NCBI GenBank assembly: GCA_964495315.1
Contig: CAZBVH010000001.1
Span: 11,248-75,247 of the forward strand
Source of the DNA: an uncultured Candidatus Bathyarchaeia archaeon
Lineage (GTDB): Archaea; Thermoproteota; Bathyarchaeia; RBG-16-48-13; GCA-020345945
Direction of reading: 5' to 3'
DNA length: 64,000 bases
Below are positions 48,330 through 59,147 of this stretch, in pieces. The stretch's first letter is position 1; every line of letters begins with the position of its first letter. The notes under the pieces are model-generated. The model was not told the DNA's origin, ran no database searches, and saw only the letters and a program-made list of their open reading frames with translations. The position numbers and the translations under genes are program-made.

Positions 48330-49271
48330 TTAGATACACTCTATGATCTGCTCATGGATTTGCCTGATCCACCCAACGCTAGGCGTCTGATAGGATCTCA
48401 GGATGAAGAATGTGAATCCGATACGTTCAAACTCTCTTATGCTCCCGATGCACTCGTCAGCCGTTCCCGCAATCATCTCCCGGCGATTCAACCTATACCA
48501 AGCTTCGAATGGTTCGGAGAGCTTACTCATGTCGTAGATGCTTCTCATGTCTTTTCTCAGGCTGTCCTCATCTTTCCCGAGATGGACATGCGAGAACAAG
48601 GACTTCTCGATGCCATCGTAATCCCGGCCAACCGTGGTACAATGCCCCTTAAGGGCTTCCAGCTTCCGTTGACAGGTCTCGGGAGACCCGCCCAGGTTGC
48701 ATCTGTCCGCGTACTGGGCGACAACCCTCAGGAGGAACTTCTCCCCTCCTCCGCCGATCGTTATCGGTGGATACGGCTTCTGGACGGGCCGAGGCTCACA
48801 ATTGGCGTCCCTTATCGAGAAGTACTCTCCTTCATAGGTTGGGTGTTCCTCCGTCCACATCATCCGGATGATCTTGACGCCTTCCTCCAGCTGCCGTATC
48901 CTGGTTCGGGCATCAGGGAACTCATACCCATACGCCCTATACTCGGCTTCATGCCCACCCGCCCCGACTCCGAACTCTAGGCGTCCACCTGATACGACGT
49001 CCAGTGTGGCACTCATCTTCGCGACTAGTGCGGGGTTCCGGAAGGAGTTGCATAGTACGAGTGATCCGAGCCGTATCCTCTCCGTCACCGGCGCCAGAGC
49101 AGAGAGCAAGGTCCAACTTTCAAGCCTCGGTCCCCGCTGGAGAATGGCGTCGGCAAACCACATCGAGTGAAATCCCAAACGCTCGCATTCCTGAGTCTGT
49201 TTCCGTATCTCACCCCAGCTCTGTCGGCTCGTAACGAACATCCCGAACCTGAGATCCTTCAATACGATCAC
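48330..49271 (-). CDS. LLM-class F420-dependent oxidoreductase (third paralog)
   Basis: Luciferase-like pattern (CERLGFHSMWFADA...FGVGAGG). Confidence 0.8.
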   Translation of the reverse strand: MIVLKDLRFGMFVTSRQSWGEIRKQTQECERLGFHSMWFADAILQRGPRLESWTLLSALAPVTERIRLGSLVLCNSFRNPALVAKMSATLDVVSGGRLEFGVGAGGHEAEYRAYGYEFPDARTRIRQLEEGVKIIRMMWTEEHPTYEGEYFSIRDANCEPRPVQKPYPPITIGGGGEKFLLRVVAQYADRCNLGGSPETCQRKLEALKGHCTTVGRDYDGIEKSLFSHVHLGKDEDSLRKDMRSIYDMSKLSEPFEAWYRLNRREMIAGTADECIGSIREFERIGFTFFILRSYQTPSVGWIRQIHEQIIECI

Positions 49272-49394
49272 AACCTCTAACGGAAAGGTTTAGCCTCGAG
49301 CAGAAAAGGCTAACCCAAGCTCGCACCTATGCGCCTGCTTGGTGGGCAAGGGTATGCTGAGGGCCCTATCATGCTATGGATTGATAGGAGGTGT

Positions 49395-50591
49395 TCACTC
49401 TTCGCCTGTCTCTTCAGGCTCGCCCGGAGGGACCTCGTATAGCCCTGCGCCGCGACGACGCCCCCATGGGCTTGAACGTGCTTCAGGGGAGGGTTTCTCA
49501 ACGAGGAATCGCTCTAGCTTCCTGTCGTCGATAGTCATACCTAGGCCTGGGGAGTCGCCTAGGACAATCCATCCGTCCTCGATCCGATTGTCCACCTGCA
49601 TGACCACGTCTCTGCCCACGTCCACGACTTCCATCATCATGTGATTGGGCAGGGCTGCAGCTAGGTGTGCCATGTATTTTCCGGGGCAGTTCATCATCGA
49701 GACAGGGAGCTCGAAGGCGTAGGCCAGGTCTGCTACCTGCATCGCGCCCGTAATCCCTGATGTGCCAGATCCTATCTCAACCACGTCTACCGCCTCGTTG
49801 GCGATGAGGGGGGTGAACTCGCTGATCTCGTCTAGGTTCTCCCCTGTGGCAACCGCGGCTCTTATACTCTGAGAGACTTTACGGAGGCCGCGGTAGTCCC
49901 ACCGGCGGGCCGGTTCCTCGGCCCAGGTGATCTCGTAGTGCTCCTCAATCCGCCTTATGTTCCGGATTGCCTGTTTGGGCGACCAGTACTCGTTCGCATC
50001 GATGAGCAGGATAGGCTTCTTACCAGACTTGGAGAGCGCATCCCTCATTATGCCTATGCGCCGGATATCTGTCTCCCGGTCCAGACCGACCTTCAACTTG
50101 CCCGCCGAGATACCCCTCCGAGCCATGCCCTCGTAGAAGGTTTGCAGCTCCTCGTCTGAGAGGGGCATATCGATACCGCTGGCATAAGCCTTCACCATCC
50201 GCGTGGAGGCTCCCAGCGTCTTCCAGAGCGGTTCATCCTTTGCCTTGGCCTTCAGATCCCAGAGCGCTACATCAATTGCGGAGAGTGCGTCGTTGGCGAC
50301 TCCACGGTTCCCGCCTTTGAAGACAAAGTCTACCATCCTCTTCCAGAGTCCTCGCACACCCCTCGGATCCCGCCCTAGAAGCAAGTCTTCCACCATCGAG
50401 TGTATGTGACCTCTCGCACTGGGCGATCCCAGAGAGATGCCTGTGATGCCTTCATCGGTATCGATGAAGACGGCTAGACTCGCAGCCTTTTTCCTTCCTG
50501 TGGGACTGTTGGCGTCACCAAGGCGCCTCGTCATCTCAATCTCATACAGCTTGGTTCTTACGCCGGTTATCTTCATAATTCCCCTCCTCAC
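49395..50591 (-). CDS. Enolase-superfamily enzyme (mandelate racemase/muconate lactonizing family), third paralog
   Basis: MKITGVRT...DTDEGITGISLG N-domain and KVG, DAN, EEP barrel motifs. Probable start at MKITG (50576). Confidence 0.85.
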   Translation of the reverse strand: MRRGIMKITGVRTKLYEIEMTRRLGDANSPTGRKKAASLAVFIDTDEGITGISLGSPSARGHIHSMVEDLLLGRDPRGVRGLWKRMVDFVFKGGNRGVANDALSAIDVALWDLKAKAKDEPLWKTLGASTRMVKAYASGIDMPLSDEELQTFYEGMARRGISAGKLKVGLDRETDIRRIGIMRDALSKSGKKPILLIDANEYWSPKQAIRNIRRIEEHYEITWAEEPARRWDYRGLRKVSQSIRAAVATGENLDEISEFTPLIANEAVDVVEIGSGTSGITGAMQVADLAYAFELPVSMMNCPGKYMAHLAAALPNHMMMEVVDVGRDVVMQVDNRIEDGWIVLGDSPGLGMTIDDRKLERFLVEKPSPEARSSPWGRRRGAGLYEVPPGEPEETGEE

Positions 50592-50622
50592 AAAATGATC
50601 CTGACATGGTTCAAGCAGTCTG

Positions 50623-52083
50623 CTAGTCGAATTGCAGACCTATTTCCTCCAAGTACTTCACGGCTTCCCTACGGCCGCTGAGGAACCTATCGGTCGGCTT
50701 CTGCTTGACATAGTCGTAACAGGCCAGATGAGGCTTGAAGAAGGATTCAGGCTCTGAGTATATGAGTATCCTTCTATCTCTGCTGAAGTCGGTCGATTGA
50801 AGCTTCTCCCTTCGAATCCGCCCCAGCATCTCGTCCAGGTCAGCCAGCTTGATCCTAGCCTTCAATGCCGCGTCGGAGACCTCGATCCCCCAGCTCACTA
50901 AAGGTGGTGGAGGGGTCCAGACGTAGAAGAGGTTGCCTCCCATCACCATTCCTCCTATGGTGCTGACAGCTGTGTACAGGATGTTCTCCACTGAAGCCAG
51001 GTCCTCTGCCTGTCCGCCGCTTCCACCGCTCGCCATCTCTATCGTGTTCTTGTGCCTGCGGAGGGCTTTCCTCATCGCGAAGCCGCACCAGGAGGCAGTC
51101 TTCTCGCCACCCCAAACATCCCATGACTCGCTCTTCTCCATGGGCTGCATGGAGCTGCGCCGCAGCTTCTCCAAGCCTGCCATATACTGGACGGAGTCGT
51201 GGTAGATCATCCAGGCTGCGATATTCCTGACGATGCCCTCTATCATGGCTCCCTCCCAGCCGCCGGCGAAGCCGCCTACCGACCCACCTGTACCCCCATT
51301 CATGCCGAAGCAACCATACTCATCAAAGTATATTGCTGCGGCGAGAAGGGTGGTCTCGACCTTCAGGTCAGGCAGGACAGAGAGGAGCAGCCCGTCGCTC
51401 GACCTGAGCCCCCTCTCCTCATCCTTAGGGGCAATCAGGGCCTCGGTGGTAGTGAGGATGGGATAGTTGCAGAGGGCAAGGCCGGCTCTCCCTGCGAGTC
51501 TCACACCTATCCTAGCCCTCTCGACCGCCTTTCGGGCCGCGTAGACGACCATCGGTGTGCCGTGAACCTCTCTCCCCATGATCCTGTGGTAGTTGAAGGT
51601 CTCCAGATAGTCGATCCTAGGTATCCTAACGAGTTCCTTAATCATGTTCTCAAGGGGCATGAGCACCTCATTCCAAGCGCTGTGACCTCCAACAACTATG
51701 TTCCTAGGTCTAGGGTCCTCAATCTCTCTCTTTGCCAGGGTTCGAGCATCCTTTTCCGTCCCCACGGTTATCTGGCTGGGGGCTTCCTTGCATGCCTCCC
51801 TTACCTCCTCCTCCGTGAATTGTATCGCTCTATTCGTGTTGATGCAGTAGACTCCCCTCTCAGAGAGGTACCCCACGGCTGCGTCGAAGAGCTGATCTGC
51901 GTAGGCGTTGTCAACGTCATAGAATCTCTCGTGTTCCCCCACCTTCAGCCCGTACTTCTCGGAGAGTTCCTGCATCTTCCGGAACATACCCATGTTCCAC
52001 TCTTTCTCATCCATCTTGGGTCCGTTCTGGGCCCTCTCAGCAACCTCAATCAGACTGATCGTGAGCATCCCTCCTCTGACCAT
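50623..52083 (-). CDS. MtmB-family (monomethylamine methyltransferase-like) protein lacking the pyrrolysine amber codon
   Basis: 486 aa uninterrupted. The N-terminal 120 aa parallel Methanosarcina MtmB (WNMGMFRKMQELSEKYGL...GVYCINTNRAIQFTEEEV versus WDLMKIPMKAMELKQKYGL...GIYCTDTHRIVKYTEDEI). The C-terminus (YLEEIGLQF) also parallels MtmB. Confidence 0.7.
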   Translation of the reverse strand: MVRGGMLTISLIEVAERAQNGPKMDEKEWNMGMFRKMQELSEKYGLKVGEHERFYDVDNAYADQLFDAAVGYLSERGVYCINTNRAIQFTEEEVREACKEAPSQITVGTEKDARTLAKREIEDPRPRNIVVGGHSAWNEVLMPLENMIKELVRIPRIDYLETFNYHRIMGREVHGTPMVVYAARKAVERARIGVRLAGRAGLALCNYPILTTTEALIAPKDEERGLRSSDGLLLSVLPDLKVETTLLAAAIYFDEYGCFGMNGGTGGSVGGFAGGWEGAMIEGIVRNIAAWMIYHDSVQYMAGLEKLRRSSMQPMEKSESWDVWGGEKTASWCGFAMRKALRRHKNTIEMASGGSGGQAEDLASVENILYTAVSTIGGMVMGGNLFYVWTPPPPLVSWGIEVSDAALKARIKLADLDEMLGRIRREKLQSTDFSRDRRILIYSEPESFFKPHLACYDYVKQKPTDRFLSGRREAVKYLEEIGLQFD

Positions 52084-52100
52084 TGAATTCGCGTTCTCGA

Positions 52101-52116
52101 AATTATAAGTTAACGT
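52101..52116 (-). promoter_or_regulatory. Archaeal-type BRE/TATA (cgTTAAC-TTATAATT on the minus strand) for the MtmB-like gene
   Basis: TATA-like TTATAATT lies 18-25 nt upstream of the ATG and is preceded by an A/G-rich BRE-like element, consistent with a leaderless archaeal transcript. Confidence 0.4.
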
Positions 52117-52282
52117 GCACTTGCCTCAGACTCTTAAGGGGCTGCATACAGGGTGGCTGGATCAGTTGAGGAACAACCTCATGTGCAAGTCTTCTCGACG
52201 GACTAAGCCAACTTGGCGCAGATGATCTACCCTGAGAGGTGCGGAACGCTGGCATTCGCTCAGCTTTGCCGGGTTGAGCCTG

Positions 52283-53269
52283 TCAGCCCGGCTCTACGTT
52301 CAGGAAGATTCGTATCAGAAACCCTATGACAAAGGATAACCCTGCTACTCCCAAGCTGATTAGGGACATCTCTAGAAACCTCCTCCTGAAAGGAATGCTC
52401 CTGGTGACGGATACGTAGAAGGTGAAGAGAAGAATCACGAAGATTCCGCTCAGAATCGAGACTCCGAGGCAGAAGTAGATGTTGGAGAAGAGCAGGAATG
52501 GGGAGATTAAGAGCAAGACCGTGAAGACATAGGCTATGCCTGTATATATCGAGGCCCTAATAGGGTTCCGCTCCCCTCCCTCAGTCTTGACGGATAGGTA
52601 TTCAGACGCAGCCATCGATAGAGATGCAGCGACTCCCGTAATTGAGCCTACCAAGGCGATAAGACCTGCGTTTTGAAGGGCGAGGGTTAGCCCTGCAAGC
52701 GTGCCTGTAAGCTCTACGAGGGCGTCGTTGAGACCGAGAACCACGGAGCCAACGTATCTCAGATGCTCCTCGTCGATCAAGCCTATCAGGCTCTCCTCAT
52801 GTTCACCCTCATCCTCAAGGATGCTTCTAGCTCCATGAAAGGATTCGGTGAACTTTTCATACACTTCCTGAGCTCGTCCCTCATCTCTCTCCATTAGCTT
52901 GACTCCAAAGGTCAAACCAAATATTCTGGCGATGAGGAGGTACTTCCATATCTTCAGCCTGTCTGGGCTCACATCTCTGCGGCTGTGCTTCTTCCAGAAC
53001 TTGTAGTGTCTCAGCTCATCCCTTGAGATGTGTCGCAGAACGTCTCTATTGCGAGGTTCCTTAACCGCATCTGACAGCCTCTCATAGATGAGGTGCTCTG
53101 TGATCTCATTCTTCTGAGCAGCCAACACTGCTCTCTCTGTCTCTCTGTCCGACATTCCCATTCTCGCGGTATTCTTCTCCGTAGATCTCTTTTCAAACTT
53201 CCTAGATTGAACCTGTGCGGTATTCAAGGGTTGAGTTCTCTCCAAAGGATGTCTTGCGAATCGTCTCAA
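52283..53269 (-). CDS. VIT1/CCC1-family iron/manganese transporter with N-terminal ferritin-like domain
   Basis: N-terminal ferritin-like four-helix region (ExxH pairs) fused to a C-terminal 5-TM VIT1 domain. Confidence 0.75.
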   Translation of the reverse strand: MRRFARHPLERTQPLNTAQVQSRKFEKRSTEKNTARMGMSDRETERAVLAAQKNEITEHLIYERLSDAVKEPRNRDVLRHISRDELRHYKFWKKHSRRDVSPDRLKIWKYLLIARIFGLTFGVKLMERDEGRAQEVYEKFTESFHGARSILEDEGEHEESLIGLIDEEHLRYVGSVVLGLNDALVELTGTLAGLTLALQNAGLIALVGSITGVAASLSMAASEYLSVKTEGGERNPIRASIYTGIAYVFTVLLLISPFLLFSNIYFCLGVSILSGIFVILLFTFYVSVTRSIPFRRRFLEMSLISLGVAGLSFVIGFLIRIFLNVEPG

Positions 53270-53371
53270 GCTACGAGTGCTGTCTGTATCTCCTCATCAG
53301 CAACCGGAAAGAGAAACGGCTTTCCAAGGAGACAACCCCGAGGAATTGTCGATGATATGTTAATCGGTTGA

Positions 53372-55247
<1,876 letters not shown>

Positions 55248-55276
<29 letters not shown>

Positions 55277-56993
55277 GTTGTGACTCGTAGATCTCTTGGT
55301 AGATGGGGCTTGTCTTAATCAGTTCCCTGTGGTTGCCTTCAGCCACGACTCTGCCATGATCCAGTACTACTATCTTGTCCGCTCCGAGTACTGTGCTTAT
55401 GCGTTGTGCTATCACGAAGTTTGTGCGTCCCCTCATCAGTTCATCTAGCTCACGTCGTATCTTGACTTCTGTCTCGACGTCTACTGAGCTTGTGCTGTCG
55501 TCGAGGATCAGGATCTCTGGTTTCACCAAGAGTGCGCGGGCGATCGCGACTCGCTGTCGCTGCCCACCTGAAAGGTTGACTCCTCGTTGTCCAACAGGTG
55601 TATCGTAGCCTTGCGGGAAGCTTGTTATGAACTCGTGAGCTTGGGCTGCTTTCGCTGCGACCATGACCTCCTCATCGGTAGCGTCTTCCCTGCCATACCT
55701 TATGTTGTCCCGTATCGTGCCTGAGAATAGAACGGTCTCTTGGAGGCTTATCCCAATGTGGGCGCGAAGCGATTGCTGTGTTACATCCCTGAGGTCGGTA
55801 CCATCAATAGTTATCCTTCCTCTCGTCACATCGTAGAACCGAGGGATGAGATTGACGAGACTGGTCTTTCCTGAGCCTGTTGAGCCCAAGATGGCGATCG
55901 TCTGCCCTGGCTCAGCCACCAAGTTTATGTCCTCTAGGACGGGGTCTGTGCAGTCCTTGATGTAGCTGAAGCAGACACCCTCGAAGACCACTCTCCCTCT
56001 CACATCTGTCAAGGGTCTGGCGTTGGGTTTGTCCTGTATGTCTGGGATGGAGTCCATGACCTCCATGACTCTCACGGCTGATGCGTTTGCCGCTGATATT
56101 GGACCTGCAATCATAGCCAGCATGAAGAGGGGAAACATCGTTGAGATAAGATAGTTGACGAAGGCCACTATCTCGCCTAAGGTCAGTCTGCCCGCTATGA
56201 TCTGGGATCCTCCGAAGTAGATGATGACCACGATTCCTAAGTTGATGAGCAGTAGCATCATAGGCATAAGGGCCGAGAGTAGCCTGACAACCTTGACCTC
56301 CTGCTCCATAAGGTCATCGTTAGCCGCTCCGAACCTTTTTACCTCGTAGTCTCTCCTAGAGAAAGCTTTGACTACTCTCATACCTGCAAGGTTCTCCTCT
56401 AGGACTTGGTTTAGCCGCTCAAGTCTCTTTTGGATCGCTGCAAACATTGGATGAATCCTTCGGGCGAGGATCGTTGTGAGAAGAAGTATGAATAGCATCA
56501 TGGGGAGTATCATCGTCGCGAGCATGCTGTTCGTTGCTAGCATCAGGATGATGCTCCCTGCTATCATCAGAGGTGCACGGACCAGCATGCGTAGTGAGAT
56601 CTGGACGGCTGCTTGAAGCCGGTTCATGTCGCTGGTGAGGCGCACGATCAGCTCTCCGGTTCGGAAGTCGTCAAGGTTTCTGAAGCTGAAGGTCTGCACC
56701 TTGCGATAGGCTGCGCTGCGGAGGTCTGCGGCGAAACCTTGGGCTGTGCGGACCGAGTAGAAGGTGTTCGCGACTGCCAGTAGGGCGCTAACAATTGAGA
56801 CGCCGATCATGATGAGGCTGGTGTTGGCTATCACCTGCACATTCTTGGTTGCAACACCTTGGTCGACGATCACCTGGACGAGTCTAGGTATCGCCAGATC
56901 CAGAACGACCGTGATAGACAGAAGTGTGACTGCAAGAATTGTATCCCGACTGTAAGGTTTCAGATACCCTAAGGCACGTCTAAGGTCGTTCAT
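55248..56993 (-). CDS. ABC exporter, fused permease/ATP-binding protein (heterodimer partner)
   Basis: 6-TM domain plus NBD (GSTGSGKTS, LSGGQRQR). Overlaps the downstream partner by 29 nt. Confidence 0.9.
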
Positions 56994-57517
56994 TCGGGGT
57001 TCTCCAATTGCTTGTTAATCTTCTCGATCTCCTTGGTTGTCTCTTCGAGGATTCCTCGCACTCTCGCAGAGGCTTCCCGATTATCCACTATGAGGGGATT
57101 GATCTTCTCCAACGCGTTTAGAAGTCGGTAGTTAGCTTCGAAGACCTCTTCTCGCATTCCTTGAAAGAGTCTCCAATATATCTTCTGGACGGAATGGTAG
57201 TGGGACTTGATGTGTGTCCATGATCTTTTGCGTTTCTCGACTTCTCTCAGTCCAGCTTGTGTAAGGCTGTATTTCTTGAGTGTTGGAAGGTCAGAGCTTA
57301 CCTGCTCTATCAGTCTCTGCTCCTCCAGTATCGCGAGGAGAGGATACATTGAGCCAGGGCTGGGTCTCCAATCGGTATAATGCTCAATCTCATCCATAAG
57401 CTCCGAGCCTGACATGGACTCCTGCTTCAGGATGTCCAATGTCATATGGTGGAGCATTCCTTTTGGTACACCGATTCCCTTGCCTAGGCGTCTTCTCTGG
57501 CTGCCGCTTCGATGCAT
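56990..57517 (-). CDS. PadR-family transcriptional regulator
   Basis: wHTH with the PadR signature (SGSELMDEIEHYT...SPGSMYPLL). Overlaps the ABC gene start by 4 nt. Confidence 0.8.
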   Translation of the reverse strand: MHRSGSQRRRLGKGIGVPKGMLHHMTLDILKQESMSGSELMDEIEHYTDWRPSPGSMYPLLAILEEQRLIEQVSSDLPTLKKYSLTQAGLREVEKRKRSWTHIKSHYHSVQKIYWRLFQGMREEVFEANYRLLNALEKINPLIVDNREASARVRGILEETTKEIEKINKQLENPE

Positions 57518-57527
57518 AAAACATCAC

Positions 57528-57567
57528 GCAATATCGAAACCAATATCGAAATCGATATCCATGATAT
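57528..57567. promoter_or_regulatory. Tandem AATATCGAAA(C/T) repeats and quasi-palindrome overlapping the padR-ABC operon promoter (candidate PadR operator)
   Basis: aATATCGAAAc caATATCGAAAt cgatatcc, found 13-50 nt upstream of the padR start codon on the minus strand. ATATCGAAA / ATCGATAT are inverted near-copies. Confidence 0.4.
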
Positions 57568-57917
57568 AAACTTAATCCCTGAAAGAACTTCTTCAAGGAC
57601 AATAACACGAATCGGAAAATACATACTTCAAACAAACAGTGGTTATCATCTGACCAGGGAACAGCTATCCTGAAGCTTCTATGCCAGAACCGCTACCCCT
57701 CTACCGAAATCCCTGACAGTCTTGATCCCTTCCTCATCTTGCACAACGTCTCCCCTACTATCTCCGAATGCCACGCTCCAATACCTAGCCCCAGGGACCA
57801 CCATCTCCACGATCAAGAAGAAGAGGACCTGAGCCAAAGCAAAATTCTGTCCTGCCCTACGAGCGAAATCGCAAAAAAGGGGTAAGCGCACACCAATAGA
57901 GTGTAAGGGATAAAGGA

Positions 57918-58919
57918 GTGCTGCTGGTTCAGTTCAAGTCACTCGATAATGTCCGTCATGTTGGACTGGTCAGCAGAGATGGGCGTTCACTGCAGGTCCT
58001 GCGTGCAACGAGAAGCATCTATGACCTAGCCTTGGAGGCAGGGGAGGCGAAGACAGGGCTGGAACGATTAGTCGGGGATCGCATTGGTGACGAGGAAGTC
58101 GACTATGATCAAGTCATCTCGGAGAAGCGCCTCCTCCCGCCTCTCGACCACCCCGACCCCGCCCACTGCTACGTCACTGGCACTGGTCTTACCCATCTTG
58201 GCAGTGCTCAGGCACGCAACACGATGCACGCCAAACTGCAAGATGAACAGGCTCAGTTAACGGACTCGATGAAGATGTTCAAGTTAGGGCTTGAGGGCGG
58301 TAAACCCGCATCCGGCAAGGTGGGTGTCCAACCGGAGTGGTTCTACAAGGGCGACGGCGGCTGCCTCGTCCCTCCTGGACACCCGCTTGAGCTGCCCCCG
58401 TTCGCCCTCGATGGCGGTGAAGAGGCAGAGGTCGTCGGTCTCTACGTCATCTCCCGATCTGGCGATGTTCTGCGCGTGGGCTTTACACTCGGCAACGAGT
58501 TCTCCGACCACGTGCTGGAGCGGAAGAACTACCTCTACCTAGCCCACTCAAAACTTCGCAACTGCTCGATCGGGCCTGAACTGCTGACCGGCGACCTGCC
58601 CACCAGCATCTCTGGCACCGTTCGACTGCTGCGCGGTGGCGATGAGCTGTGGGCAGAGACCTTTCTGACCGGTGAAGCAAACATGTCGCACAGCATCGCC
58701 AACCTCGAGTACCACCACTTCAAGTACGACGGGTTCCGCCGCTCTGGGGATGTACACTGCCACTTCTTCGGTGCGGCTACCCTAAGCTTCTCAGCCGGAG
58801 TCAACGCCAGACCGGGCGACATCTTCGAGATTTCTGCGCCACCATTCAGCCGCCCGTTGATCAATCCACTTGTTGCCAGTGGATTGAGCGGCACTCTGGT
58901 TACAGTGCAGCCGCTTTGA
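57918..58919 (+). CDS. Fumarylacetoacetate hydrolase (FAH)-family protein
   Basis: The C-terminal 190 aa carry the FAH pattern (EAEVVGLYVI...VGFTLGNEFSDHVLE). The codon usage is strongly GC3-rich, unlike the neighbouring genes. Confidence 0.5.
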   Translation: MLLVQFKSLDNVRHVGLVSRDGRSLQVLRATRSIYDLALEAGEAKTGLERLVGDRIGDEEVDYDQVISEKRLLPPLDHPDPAHCYVTGTGLTHLGSAQARNTMHAKLQDEQAQLTDSMKMFKLGLEGGKPASGKVGVQPEWFYKGDGGCLVPPGHPLELPPFALDGGEEAEVVGLYVISRSGDVLRVGFTLGNEFSDHVLERKNYLYLAHSKLRNCSIGPELLTGDLPTSISGTVRLLRGGDELWAETFLTGEANMSHSIANLEYHHFKYDGFRRSGDVHCHFFGAATLSFSAGVNARPGDIFEISAPPFSRPLINPLVASGLSGTLVTVQPL

Positions 58920-59147
58920 CTGGTGTCGAGACGCGTTTGCCGGTTCTTTGAACCGGCTGTTCAAAGAAGGATCCTCGGAAGACGATAATTCGTGTCCCCT
59001 TCTTGGTGAGTGGCTCTGGTCACACTTGGTCGCGTGTCGCTAAGAACTGGGTAAAGGATATGTGTCGGCGCGAAACATAAAGTGGAAAAGATGCTGCGAG
59101 ATTGAGGAGGACAATAACGGTTGACGCAGAATGAGAGGTGATGAGTC

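Noticed and set aside
50623-52083. Pyrrolysine (in-frame UAG) in the MtmB-family gene
   Set aside because: The 486-codon ORF is uninterrupted. No in-frame TAG exists, and the residues aligned to the Pyl region of MtmB are ordinary amino acids. I treat it as a non-Pyl homolog.
52084-52282. Possible riboswitch or ncRNA in the 199 nt spacer upstream of the MtmB-like gene
   Set aside because: Only generic short hairpins are present (gccggg...cccggc, cagggt...accctg). They probably correspond to the terminator of the upstream VIT1 gene plus the promoter. No recognisable riboswitch consensus.
57528-57567. CRISPR-like array
   Set aside because: Only two 11 bp repeats with 1 nt spacing. This is far too short and too few for a CRISPR array, and no cas genes are present. 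I interpret it as an operator.
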